From: an uncultured Clostridia bacterium
Lineage (GTDB): Bacteria; Bacillota; Clostridia; Oscillospirales; Acutalibacteraceae
Length of the DNA stretch: 64,000 nt
Direction of reading: 5' to 3'
NCBI GenBank assembly: GCA_947585615.1
Contig: CANPXD010000001.1
Coordinates: 7,115 to 71,114 of the forward strand
Numbering within the stretch: position 1 is the stretch's first letter; each line of letters opens with the position of its first letter. This document shows, in pieces, positions 8,083 through 16,750 of this stretch. The notes beneath the pieces are model-generated. The model searched no databases, was not told the origin of the DNA, and worked only from the letters and a program-made list of their open reading frames with translations. Made by a program: the position numbers and the translations under genes.

Positions 8083-10110
8083 ATGCTGAATTTAAACAGT
8101 GATATTAAATACATCCGCGGCGTTGGTGAAAAAAGAGCCGAGCTTTTCAACAAGCTCGGCATTTTTGACGTGCGTTCGCTTCTTTGCTATTATCCGCGAA
8201 GGTATCAGGACTGGTCAAAGGAGAGGACTGTTGCTCAGTGCGTGAGCGGAGAAAATGTCTGTATAAAAGCGACCCTTATCACTCCTGTAAGAGAGCATCT
8301 GATAAAAAGGGGGATGACGGTTTACAAATGCAGTTTCACAGACGGCGAAACGGATATTCGTGTTACGATTTTCAACAACAAATATCTTGCAAAAGCGCTC
8401 AGGCAGTATAAGGAATATGTACTTTTCGGCAAGCTTGAAAAAAAATTGACCTTTGCCGAGATGAGTTCTCCTAAAATCGAGGAGGCGGAAAAAAACATCG
8501 GGATACATCCGATTTATTCTGCCACTGAGGGGCTTAATTCAAACGCGATCGGCAAAACAGTTAAAACGGCACTTGAAGCTCTCCCCCAAATTCCCGAAAC
8601 TCTTGACACACGGTTCAGGCTTAAATACGGTCTTGTTTCTCTTGATTTTGCAATCCGCCAGATACATTTTCCGAGTGATTTTGAAAGGCTTGATAAAGCG
8701 AAATACCGTCTTATTTTTGAGGAACTGCTTATACTTCAGCTGGGACTAATGAAGCTCAGGGGCAAAAAGAAAGCGTTATCGGGCGCAAGGGTAATAAGAA
8801 ATTACACCAACGAGTTTTACGCCCTTCTGCCGTTTTCTCCCACAAATGCGCAGAAGAGGGCAATAGACGAATGTATATCCGATATGAGCGGAAAATACGC
8901 TATGAACAGGCTCATTCAGGGAGATGTGGGGAGCGGAAAAACCGCTGTGGCGGCGGGGACGGTTTATACGTCTGTAAAAAACGGTTTTCAGTGCGCCCTA
9001 ATGGCCCCGACTGAAATACTTGCCGTTCAGCATACACAGACGATTTCAAAAATTCTGGCGCCGTCGAGTATTAAAATCGACCTGCTTACAGGAAGCACCT
9101 CCGTAAAGGAAAAACGTCTAATAAAGGAGCGTCTTGCAAGCGGTGAAACGCAGCTTGTAATCGGTACGCACGCCCTTATACAAAAAGATGTTGCATTCAA
9201 AAATCTCGGACTTGTGATAACGGACGAACAGCACCGATTCGGTGTAAACCAAAGGGCCGGTCTTGCAATGAAAGGTCACGGAGTACATACGCTCGTTATG
9301 AGCGCAACACCTATTCCGCGCACGCTTGCTCTTATGATTTACGGCGATCTTGATATTTCCGTTCTGGACGAGCTGCCCGCAGGCAGACGAAAGATACGCA
9401 CGGACGTCGTTGATTCGCGCTACCACGCGAGGATATATGAATTTGTCAGAAAAGCAGTTGAAAGAGGTGAGCAGGCCTATATCGTCTGCCCTCTTGTCGA
9501 AGAGGGAGAAAGCAACCTGCTGCCTGCGACGCAGTATGCCGAAAAGCTTTCCGAAACGGTATTCCGCGGCATAAATCTCGGTCTGCTGCACGGAAAAATG
9601 AAAGCGGACGAGAAAGAGAAAGTTATGGGCGCTTTCGTCCGAGGAGATATTAAAATACTTGTTTCAACCACCGTTATTGAGGTGGGAGTGGACGTGCCCG
9701 AAGCAACAGTTATCGTTATAGAAAATGCGGAGCGTTTCGGTCTGTCCCAGCTTCACCAGCTCAGAGGAAGAGTGGGCAGAGGGAATGCGCAGTCATACTG
9801 TATTCTTGTTTCGGACAGTAAAGGTGAAACGGCGCAAAGCAGACTTGCCGTTATGAAAAATTGCTCAGACGGATTTAAAATTGCGGACGAGGATCTGAAA
9901 CAACGGGGCCCCGGAGATTTTTTCGGCAACCGCCAGCACGGATTGCCCGAACTGAAAATCGCCGATATGCTCGGAGATACTGAAACGCTTTCGGTTTGCC
10001 GAAGGGCGGCAGGCGAAATTCTCGCGGAGGATTTTAATCTTGATAAGCCTGAAAACAGACCTCTTGCAGATGAAATTTCGGAAATGTTCAGAAATTCAGT
10101 ATCAAATTAA
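8083..10110 (+). CDS. recG: ATP-dependent DNA helicase RecG
   Basis: 675-aa ORF with GDVGSGKT (Walker A), TDEQHRFG, SATPIPRTL and QLHQLRGRVGRG motifs, plus an N-terminal wedge/OB region. Confidence 0.95.
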   Translation: MLNLNSDIKYIRGVGEKRAELFNKLGIFDVRSLLCYYPRRYQDWSKERTVAQCVSGENVCIKATLITPVREHLIKRGMTVYKCSFTDGETDIRVTIFNNKYLAKALRQYKEYVLFGKLEKKLTFAEMSSPKIEEAEKNIGIHPIYSATEGLNSNAIGKTVKTALEALPQIPETLDTRFRLKYGLVSLDFAIRQIHFPSDFERLDKAKYRLIFEELLILQLGLMKLRGKKKALSGARVIRNYTNEFYALLPFSPTNAQKRAIDECISDMSGKYAMNRLIQGDVGSGKTAVAAGTVYTSVKNGFQCALMAPTEILAVQHTQTISKILAPSSIKIDLLTGSTSVKEKRLIKERLASGETQLVIGTHALIQKDVAFKNLGLVITDEQHRFGVNQRAGLAMKGHGVHTLVMSATPIPRTLALMIYGDLDISVLDELPAGRRKIRTDVVDSRYHARIYEFVRKAVERGEQAYIVCPLVEEGESNLLPATQYAEKLSETVFRGINLGLLHGKMKADEKEKVMGAFVRGDIKILVSTTVIEVGVDVPEATVIVIENAERFGLSQLHQLRGRVGRGNAQSYCILVSDSKGETAQSRLAVMKNCSDGFKIADEDLKQRGPGDFFGNRQHGLPELKIADMLGDTETLSVCRRAAGEILAEDFNLDKPENRPLADEISEMFRNSVSN

Positions 10111-10282
10111 TATTTGAGAACACGTATTAGGAAATTTAAAACAGGGCGAAACGATCCATTCCGTTCAGCGTATGGAAATATCCGAAAAATAAATATCCGC
10201 CTGCCGGCAGACTTCAAAAAAACGGAACTGAATTTGCAGGCGTATATAAATACGGCAGAGCCGACAAAGGACGAAAACGCTA

Positions 10283-10320
10283 AAAGCCGCTTGAACATCA
10301 ACTCGACATTCAAGCGGCTT
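10283..10320 (-). repeat. Copy 1 of a repeated hairpin element; probable terminator of the ABC-F gene
   Basis: The minus-strand sequence is AAGCCGCTTGAATGTCGAGTTGATGTTCAAGCGGCTT followed by TTAGCGTTTTCGT. It is near-identical to 40870-40906 on the plus strand. Confidence 0.8.
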
Positions 10321-10473
10321 TCAAAATCTATAAGTCAATCGGGGAATGAATGGAATTCACTATATCTTAATATCATACACGGATAAGTTATAATTTTTAG
10401 TCATTTCGGCATATGCAAACCGCTTTATCGACAGTCTGAACGGGGCGAAAACAATCGTCTGTTACTTTTTGCG

Positions 10474-12081
10474 TCAGTATTTTTTGAGCTGGTCTTCGTC
10501 AAAGGTTTCAAGGAATTCGTCGTATGTTCCCTTGTGGTCAATCAGCTTGTCGCCCGACATCTCAATGATTCTGTCCGCCACGGTTTGTATAAACTGATGG
10601 TCGTGAGATGTGAAAAGAACCGTTTCGGGATAGCGGATAAGTCCGTTATTGAGTGCGGTAATCGATTCAAGATCAAGGTGGTTTGTCGGCTCGTCAAGCA
10701 CAAGAACATTAGCGCCGCTGAGCATCATTTTGCAGAGCATACATCTGACACGCTCTCCGCCCGAAAGCACTTGTGCCGTTTTGAGCGCGTCATCTCCGCT
10801 GAAAAGCATTCTGCCGAGCCAGCTTCTGATGTCTGTTTCAAGGGTCTGCGTTGTGTACTGACGGAGCCAGTCTATGAGATTGAGGTCAACTCCGTCGAAA
10901 TACGCGCTGTTGTCGCTCGGAAAATAGCTCTGCGAGGTGGTAACGCCCCATTTGAATTCACCTTCGTCCGGCTCAAGTTCGCCCATAATAATTTTAAAAA
11001 ACGTTGTTTTGGCAACGGCGTCTGAGCCTACAAAAGCAACCTTTTCCCTCGGATGAATCACAAATGAAATGTTGTCAAGCACTTTTCTGTCGCCTACTGT
11101 TTTGGAAATATGATCAACGCGCAGCAAATCATTTCCGCATTCTCTGTCAGGTTTAAAATCAACGTACGGAAAACGCCTTGAAGAAACGGGCATTTCTATC
11201 ATTTCAAGAGCGTCAAGCTGCTTTTTGCGGCTTGTCGCCTGCTTTGATTTTGAGGCATTGGCGCTGAAACGCTGAATAAAATCCTGAAGCTCTTTGATTT
11301 TCTGCTCGTTCTTTTTGTTCTGGTCGCGCTGCTGGCGCTGGCGCATCTGGGTGTATTCATACCAGAAATCATAGTTTCCGGCATACATCTGGATTTTGCC
11401 GAAATCAACGTCGCATATATGGGTGCAGACCTTGTTCAGAAAATGACGGTCATGTGAAACAACGATAACGGTGTTTTCAAAATCAAGCAGGAAGTTTTCG
11501 AGCCAGCGTATAGCCGATAAATCGAGATGGTTTGTCGGCTCGTCGAGCAAGAGAACGTCGGGATTTCCGAAAAGCGCCTTTGCAAGGAGCACCTTAACTT
11601 TCAAATCTGACGAAAGCTCCGCCATTTTAAGATAGTGAAATTCATCCGTTACCCCGAGCTTGTTAAGCATGAATTCGGCGTCCGATTCAGCGTTCCAGCC
11701 GTCAAGATCGGCAAATTCAGCCTCAAGTTCTCCGGCTTTTATTCCGTCTTCCTCGCTGAAATCGGGCTTTGAATAAAGAGCGTCTTTCTCCTCCATAATC
11801 TCAATAAGGCGGGGATTGCCCATAAGCACCGTTTTCACAACCTCGCAGTCGTCGTATTTGAAATGATCCTGTTCCAAAACGGACAGCCTTTCGCCGGGAG
11901 TCATAAAAACCTCGCCCTTCTGAGGCTCAAGCTCTCCGCTCAGAACCTTTAAAAAGGTTGATTTTCCGGCGCCGTTCGCGCCGATTATACCATAGCAGTT
12001 TCCCGGAGAAAACACAACGTTTACCCTTTCAAAAAGCGCTTTTCCCGCAAACTGCACCGTAACATTATTAGCCTGAATCAT
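10474..12081 (-). CDS. ABC-F family ATPase (YbiT-like, no membrane domain)
   Basis: 535-aa ORF with two NBDs (GANGAGKST; LLLDEPTNHLD and LVLDEPTNHLD) joined by a charged Q/K/R-rich linker. Confidence 0.9.
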   Translation of the reverse strand: MIQANNVTVQFAGKALFERVNVVFSPGNCYGIIGANGAGKSTFLKVLSGELEPQKGEVFMTPGERLSVLEQDHFKYDDCEVVKTVLMGNPRLIEIMEEKDALYSKPDFSEEDGIKAGELEAEFADLDGWNAESDAEFMLNKLGVTDEFHYLKMAELSSDLKVKVLLAKALFGNPDVLLLDEPTNHLDLSAIRWLENFLLDFENTVIVVSHDRHFLNKVCTHICDVDFGKIQMYAGNYDFWYEYTQMRQRQQRDQNKKNEQKIKELQDFIQRFSANASKSKQATSRKKQLDALEMIEMPVSSRRFPYVDFKPDRECGNDLLRVDHISKTVGDRKVLDNISFVIHPREKVAFVGSDAVAKTTFFKIIMGELEPDEGEFKWGVTTSQSYFPSDNSAYFDGVDLNLIDWLRQYTTQTLETDIRSWLGRMLFSGDDALKTAQVLSGGERVRCMLCKMMLSGANVLVLDEPTNHLDLESITALNNGLIRYPETVLFTSHDHQFIQTVADRIIEMSGDKLIDHKGTYDEFLETFDEDQLKKY

Positions 12082-12233
12082 TATTTTCCCTCCGCAATGA
12101 GCTGAAATACTTATATATTCTACTACACTTGTCTTTCAATTACAAGCAAAATTATATATGTTGATTTTATTCTTTATTAATTGTATAATAGATTTACTTG
12201 TATGCGATAAAATTATACATTCGAGGCTTTCTT

Positions 12234-12884
12234 ATGGATATAAAAATTTCCCCTTCAATGCTGGCAAGCGATTTTGCCAATCTTGAGGCAGAACTTAAAA
12301 AGTGTGAAAGCGCAGGAGCGGATATGATTCACCTTGATGTTATGGACGGCTGTTTTGTGCCGAACATAACAATAGGCGCACCTGTTATAAAGGCTATGAA
12401 AAAGGTCTGCGCCCTGCCGTTTGACGTTCATCTTATGATTGAAAATCCGCTTGAATATATTGACGATTTTGCAGACGCGGGAGCGGATATCATCACGTTT
12501 CATGTTGAAAGCAAAAGCGACACGCAAAAAACAATAGAAAAAATCAAGGTATGCGGCTGTAAAGCATCGCTTTCGGTAAAACCCGATACCGATATAAAGA
12601 CTGTTTTTCCGTATGCCGGCTCTCTTTCAATGGTGCTTGTCATGACGGTTGAGCCGGGATTCGGAGGTCAGAGCTTTATGCGCGGAATGCTTCCCAAAAT
12701 AGAAAGGCTTCGCGCCGAATTCCCCGAAATGGACATAGAGGTGGACGGGGGAATAAACACCGAAACAATAAAAGAATGTGCCGCGGCAGGGGCAAATGTT
12801 TTTGTGGCGGGTTCTGCCGTTTTCAACAGCAAAAGTCCTGCCCAAACAATAGCGCTGCTTAAAAAGAATGCCGGTAAAATATGA
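12234..12884 (+). CDS. rpe: Ribulose-phosphate 3-epimerase
   Basis: I moved the start to ATG 12234 (MDIKISPSMLASDF...). Motifs HLDVMDG.FVPN and VEPGFGGQ.F are present. Confidence 0.93.
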   Translation: MDIKISPSMLASDFANLEAELKKCESAGADMIHLDVMDGCFVPNITIGAPVIKAMKKVCALPFDVHLMIENPLEYIDDFADAGADIITFHVESKSDTQKTIEKIKVCGCKASLSVKPDTDIKTVFPYAGSLSMVLVMTVEPGFGGQSFMRGMLPKIERLRAEFPEMDIEVDGGINTETIKECAAAGANVFVAGSAVFNSKSPAQTIALLKKNAGKI

Positions 12885-13945
12885 AGAAAAAGCGATTTTA
12901 TAAAAATGTGCCGCGAAATCAGACCTGGACCGAAGCGGAACAGGGAAGGCAAATCGATTTTGCAGATAAGTATGATGAAGGCGGTATTTATTCGGATAAA
13001 TTTGATTATCTGCGTCCCGAAACCAAAAAAAAGAAAAAGAAACTCACGCCGCAGAATGTGCGCCGTTTTTTCAAAAAAGCAGGCGTTGTTTTGCTCTGCG
13101 TCGCTGTTTTCTGTGCCGGATATACCTGTATGGATGTCTATATGATAAGAAAAGGTATGCCCGATAGATCCGCGCTGCAGGGAGAAGCACCCGACAGCGC
13201 GCTCAATGAAATTTCACTCGGACTGAGCGCAGAATATATTGAAAGCGTTTCACTTGACGGGAGCGTTATGCTTGATGCCGTGCTGTCCCAGGCAGAGACG
13301 GAGGGGTGCAACAGCGTAGCGTTTGATATAAAGAGAAGCGAAGGCTCGCTTGGTTACCGCAGCGAGCTTTCCGTTGCCGATGCTTACGGCACCGTTGCGT
13401 TTCCCTCGGAGAATCTGAAAGCCTCTGTTGAAAAACTAATGAAAAGCGACATTCTCACAGTCGGCATTGTCTGCTGTTATATGGACAATATTGTTCCTGC
13501 GAATGATGCCTCGTCAGCCGTTCCCGGAAGCGGAGGAGAGCCATACAGGGACACTGCCGGAAATATGTATCTTAATCCGGATTCCCAGTATGCCTACACA
13601 TATATAAAAGATATTATTTCTGAGACATACGCAATGGGCGTTACGGTTTTTGTACTGACAGGCGTCGATCTGCCTGATGAGGTAAGCGACGGTTACAATG
13701 ACGGATTTGAATCCCTTGCGCAACGGCTGTATTCGGATATAGGGAATGATATAAAGCTGTTAAGGGCGGTAAATGTCCGTCTCGGTGAAAATGCCGTTCT
13801 TGACGACAGCACCGAAATCGCCGATAAATTATCAGATGATCTCGGCGACGATGGAATTTATTTTATTTCCGCATCGGGAGACAGAGCATTAATAAAAGAA
13901 AAACTGGAGGAAAGCGGAGTATCACGCTATATTCTTGCTGATTGA
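12881..13945 (+). CDS. Hypothetical membrane-anchored protein, possibly with a DUF4015-like glycoside-hydrolase-fold domain
   Basis: 354-aa ORF with a lysine-rich N-terminus, one TM helix (VVLLCVAVFCAGY) and an extracytoplasmic domain. Its ATG overlaps the rpe stop (ATGA at 12881-12884). The domain assignment is from memory and is weak. Confidence 0.6.
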   Translation: MKKKRFYKNVPRNQTWTEAEQGRQIDFADKYDEGGIYSDKFDYLRPETKKKKKKLTPQNVRRFFKKAGVVLLCVAVFCAGYTCMDVYMIRKGMPDRSALQGEAPDSALNEISLGLSAEYIESVSLDGSVMLDAVLSQAETEGCNSVAFDIKRSEGSLGYRSELSVADAYGTVAFPSENLKASVEKLMKSDILTVGIVCCYMDNIVPANDASSAVPGSGGEPYRDTAGNMYLNPDSQYAYTYIKDIISETYAMGVTVFVLTGVDLPDEVSDGYNDGFESLAQRLYSDIGNDIKLLRAVNVRLGENAVLDDSTEIADKLSDDLGDDGIYFISASGDRALIKEKLEESGVSRYILAD

Positions 13946-13947
13946 TT

Positions 13948-14805
13948 ATGAGAAAAATTATTTTCGCAGTTTTTGCGGCGGCTTTTTGCATAATTGCTGC
14001 TTTCTCTGCCAATGCGGCAGAGCCTTCAAATGAGACGCCGCTTTCAAACGTTCCGTATCTTGAGGAAATTGAATTTGAAAACGCTGTGATAGACGGCGGC
14101 TTTGTCAGCGGACAGACTGCTTTTTCAATCACACTTGACGATCCCGATACAAGTCCGCGGCTTCGCAGCTACAAAATAAACGGAGACGCCAACATTTTTG
14201 TGACGTATAATTATGATAATATGCACCGGCAGACAGGCGTTTATGTAACGCTTTCTTTTGAAAGCGGCAGCGTTATCTATACATTTAACTACTCGAACGC
14301 AAGGGACTTCAAAATTACGGACAATGCCGATCTGTCTGCTCTGTCGTGCGATTACGGAGAGGTACAGCCTGCTATTAATTCAAACGATACCGTTTATAAG
14401 CTGTATATTCCGTCTGATCTTACACAGCTTAACATCACGCCTGTGACCGCAGATACAAACGCCTACTGCTATCCTGCAAATATCAGCATGGGACTTAATG
14501 ATGAACAGGAGCCGGAGCTGAGCTTTACTGTCAACGCTTCTGACGGTTCTACAAAAATGTATGAATTCAAGGTGCGCCGTATTGACAAAACGATTGAAGA
14601 AGTAAAGCTTGAAATGGCACAGCCTGATTACGTTTCCTTCGCCAGGGGCGAGCTTTTTTATCAGCGGCCGGCAGTTATAATTGCTTCTGTTTGCGCTGTG
14701 GCAGGAGTGATTATTCTGTTTGTTTTTCTTTCAGTAACACGCAGAATTATCGTAAATCCTCGGGATAAAGACGAAAAACCGTTTTATTCGGTCAGCAAAG
14801 AATAA
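13948..14805 (+). CDS. Hypothetical secreted protein with a cadherin-like beta-sandwich-type domain and a C-terminal TM anchor
   Basis: The ORF track gives a TTG start at 13942; ATG 13948 gives MRKIIFAVFAAAFCIIAAFSANA, a signal peptide. A C-terminal TM helix (VIIASVCAVAGVIILFVFL) is present. The domain call is tentative. Confidence 0.6.
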   Translation: MRKIIFAVFAAAFCIIAAFSANAAEPSNETPLSNVPYLEEIEFENAVIDGGFVSGQTAFSITLDDPDTSPRLRSYKINGDANIFVTYNYDNMHRQTGVYVTLSFESGSVIYTFNYSNARDFKITDNADLSALSCDYGEVQPAINSNDTVYKLYIPSDLTQLNITPVTADTNAYCYPANISMGLNDEQEPELSFTVNASDGSTKMYEFKVRRIDKTIEEVKLEMAQPDYVSFARGELFYQRPAVIIASVCAVAGVIILFVFLSVTRRIIVNPRDKDEKPFYSVSKE

Positions 14806-14839
14806 TGTTTAATAAAAACGGAGGAAAGGAAGTGAGCCA

Positions 14840-16213
14840 ATGGATTTTGAGGAAATGAAAGAACGCATAGACTGCCTTTATGAAGAGCGTAATTTAACCG
14901 AGCTTAAGAACTATCTCAACGATATTAATTTTGCCGATATGGCTCAGCTTCTTGAAAATGTTTCCGATGAGCGGAAAAGGATATTTTTATTCCGACTGCT
15001 CACAAAAGAAAACGCAGCAGACACCTTTGTTGAATTTGACGCGGATACGCAGGAAAAGCTTATTCATGCATTTTCGGATAACGAGCTTCGCGAAGTACTG
15101 GATGAAATGTATATTGACGATACGGCGGATATTGTTGAGGAAATGCCCGCCTCGGTCGTTAAGCGTATTCTTAAAAATACAGACAGGGAAACCAGAGAGG
15201 CAATAAACACGATTCTTAAATATCCGGAGGACTCGGCGGGATCAATTATGACCCCTGAGTTTATTGACCTTAAAAAGGATATGACCGTTGAGGACGCGTT
15301 CAAAAGAATACGCAGAACGGGACTTGACAAGGAGACAATATACACCTGCTATGTCACTGACGCTTCGCGGCATCTTATAGGCGTTACAACGGTCAAGGAA
15401 CTTCTGCTTAACGATTACGAAGATATTATTGAGGATTTTATGGAAACAAACGTAATTTCCATAAACACTCTTGACGACCAGGAAACAGCGTCGAATGCGC
15501 TTTCAAAGTACGACTTTCTCGCAATGCCCGTGGTTGATATGGAAAACAGACTTGTGGGCATAATAACGGTAGACGACGCTATCGACGTTATTCAGGAGGA
15601 AAACACCGAGGATATTCAGAAAATGGCGGCTATTACGCCGACAGATACTCCGTATCTGAAAACAGGCGTTTTGGAAACGTGGAAAAAGCGTATTCCGTGG
15701 CTTTTACTGCTTATGATTTCCGCGACCATCACAAGTCAGATCCTCACTACGTTTCAGAACAAGCTTGCCGCCGCGTCGGTACTGGTTGCGTTTATTCCGA
15801 TGCTTATGGATACGGGAGGAAATTCGGGCGGCCAGGCGAGCGTAACCATTATCCGTTCACTCTCGCTCGGAGAAATAGGTCTTAAAGATATATTCAAAGT
15901 CATCTGGAAGGAAATCAGAGTCGGTTTTATCTGCGGAGCGTCGCTCGGTATCGTCTGCTTCGCAAAGCTTATGCTGTTTGACAGAATCGTGCTCGGGAAC
16001 AGTGCAATTTCGCTTTCTGTTTCAGTTGTTGTCTGCCTGACGATTCTATTTGAAATTGTCGCGGCAAAAATAATCGGCTGTACGCTGCCGATTATTGCAA
16101 AAAAAATCGGTTTTGATCCTGCCGTAATGGCAAGTCCGTTTATAACAACGATAGTCGATGCGATTTCACTTCTTGTTTATATTGCCTTTGCGGTTGCGAT
16201 TCTAAGAATTTAA
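14840..16213 (+). CDS. mgtE: Magnesium transporter MgtE
   Basis: 457-aa ORF with an MgtE N-domain, tandem CBS domains and a C-terminal TM domain containing PMLMDTGGNSGGQAS. Confidence 0.95.
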   Translation: MDFEEMKERIDCLYEERNLTELKNYLNDINFADMAQLLENVSDERKRIFLFRLLTKENAADTFVEFDADTQEKLIHAFSDNELREVLDEMYIDDTADIVEEMPASVVKRILKNTDRETREAINTILKYPEDSAGSIMTPEFIDLKKDMTVEDAFKRIRRTGLDKETIYTCYVTDASRHLIGVTTVKELLLNDYEDIIEDFMETNVISINTLDDQETASNALSKYDFLAMPVVDMENRLVGIITVDDAIDVIQEENTEDIQKMAAITPTDTPYLKTGVLETWKKRIPWLLLLMISATITSQILTTFQNKLAAASVLVAFIPMLMDTGGNSGGQASVTIIRSLSLGEIGLKDIFKVIWKEIRVGFICGASLGIVCFAKLMLFDRIVLGNSAISLSVSVVVCLTILFEIVAAKIIGCTLPIIAKKIGFDPAVMASPFITTIVDAISLLVYIAFAVAILRI

Positions 16214-16231
16214 TACGGTATGCGATATTAT

Positions 16232-16260
16232 TTGACAAGATTTTATTATCTTGTTATACT
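16232..16260 (+). promoter_or_regulatory. sigma-A-type promoter (extended -10) for the zapA operon
   Basis: TTGACA at 16232-16237, 17-nt spacer ending in TGT, TATACT at 16255-16260. This leaves a leader of about 135 nt before zapA. Confidence 0.6.
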
Positions 16261-16399
16261 GATATACAGAGCAGAGTTTATACGGCATAAGTCGAACTGC
16301 CTGTTTTTAAGCTTTATATTATCTGCCAGCGCTGCTGTGCCTGCAGGCAGCGGAACGGCTTTGATTTATGCAGCAGGAGAAAGGCTACGGTAATCAAAT

Positions 16400-16747
16400 A
16401 TGACTCCCAAGAATAAAGTTCAGCTTAAAATCTGCGGCGCAACATATTCCATTATTACTGAAGACGACCCCGAATACGTTGAGGATCTCGGTGAAATGAT
16501 TGACGCCGAAATGAAGAGCGTTTCAGGCAGCAATCCGAGCCTTTCGCTTATTCAGTGCGCAGTTCTTACAGCGCTTAATCAGGCGGATAACTGCAGAAAG
16601 GCAACCGCCGCCGCAGACAATCTGCGCGCGCAGATAAAGGATTATATAGAGGACGCGGCAAGGTCAAAAATAGAAGTTGACGTTGAAAGACGCGAGATAG
16701 ACAGATTGAACAGAGAGCTTGAAAATCTCAGAAAAAGGCTCGGGTAA
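16400..16747 (+). CDS. zapA: Cell division protein ZapA
   Basis: 115-aa ORF with a ZapA-like N-terminal domain (V.L.I.G..Y.I) and a C-terminal coiled coil. Confidence 0.8.
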   Translation: MTPKNKVQLKICGATYSIITEDDPEYVEDLGEMIDAEMKSVSGSNPSLSLIQCAVLTALNQADNCRKATAAADNLRAQIKDYIEDAARSKIEVDVERREIDRLNRELENLRKRLG

Positions 16748-16750
16748 TAT

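Noticed and set aside
10111-10473. ORFs 10114-10386 (+) and 10107-10313 (-), and a possible sRNA, in the 360-nt recG / ABC-F spacer
   Set aside because: The ORFs lack an RBS and have poor composition. Their apparent similarity to ORF 40877-41068 is explained by the shared hairpin repeat. I found weak direct and inverted similarity between 10141-10168 and 10430-10460. It involved only 8-16 nt with mismatches.
14806-14839. Possible M-box (Mg2+) riboswitch upstream of mgtE
   Set aside because: Only 34 nt separate mgtE from the preceding gene, which leaves no room for an M-box.
16368-16403. An 11-codon uORF (MQQEKGYGNQI) whose stop overlaps the zapA ATG
   Set aside because: No RBS precedes it. 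The AGGAGAAAGG inside it is better explained as the zapA RBS.
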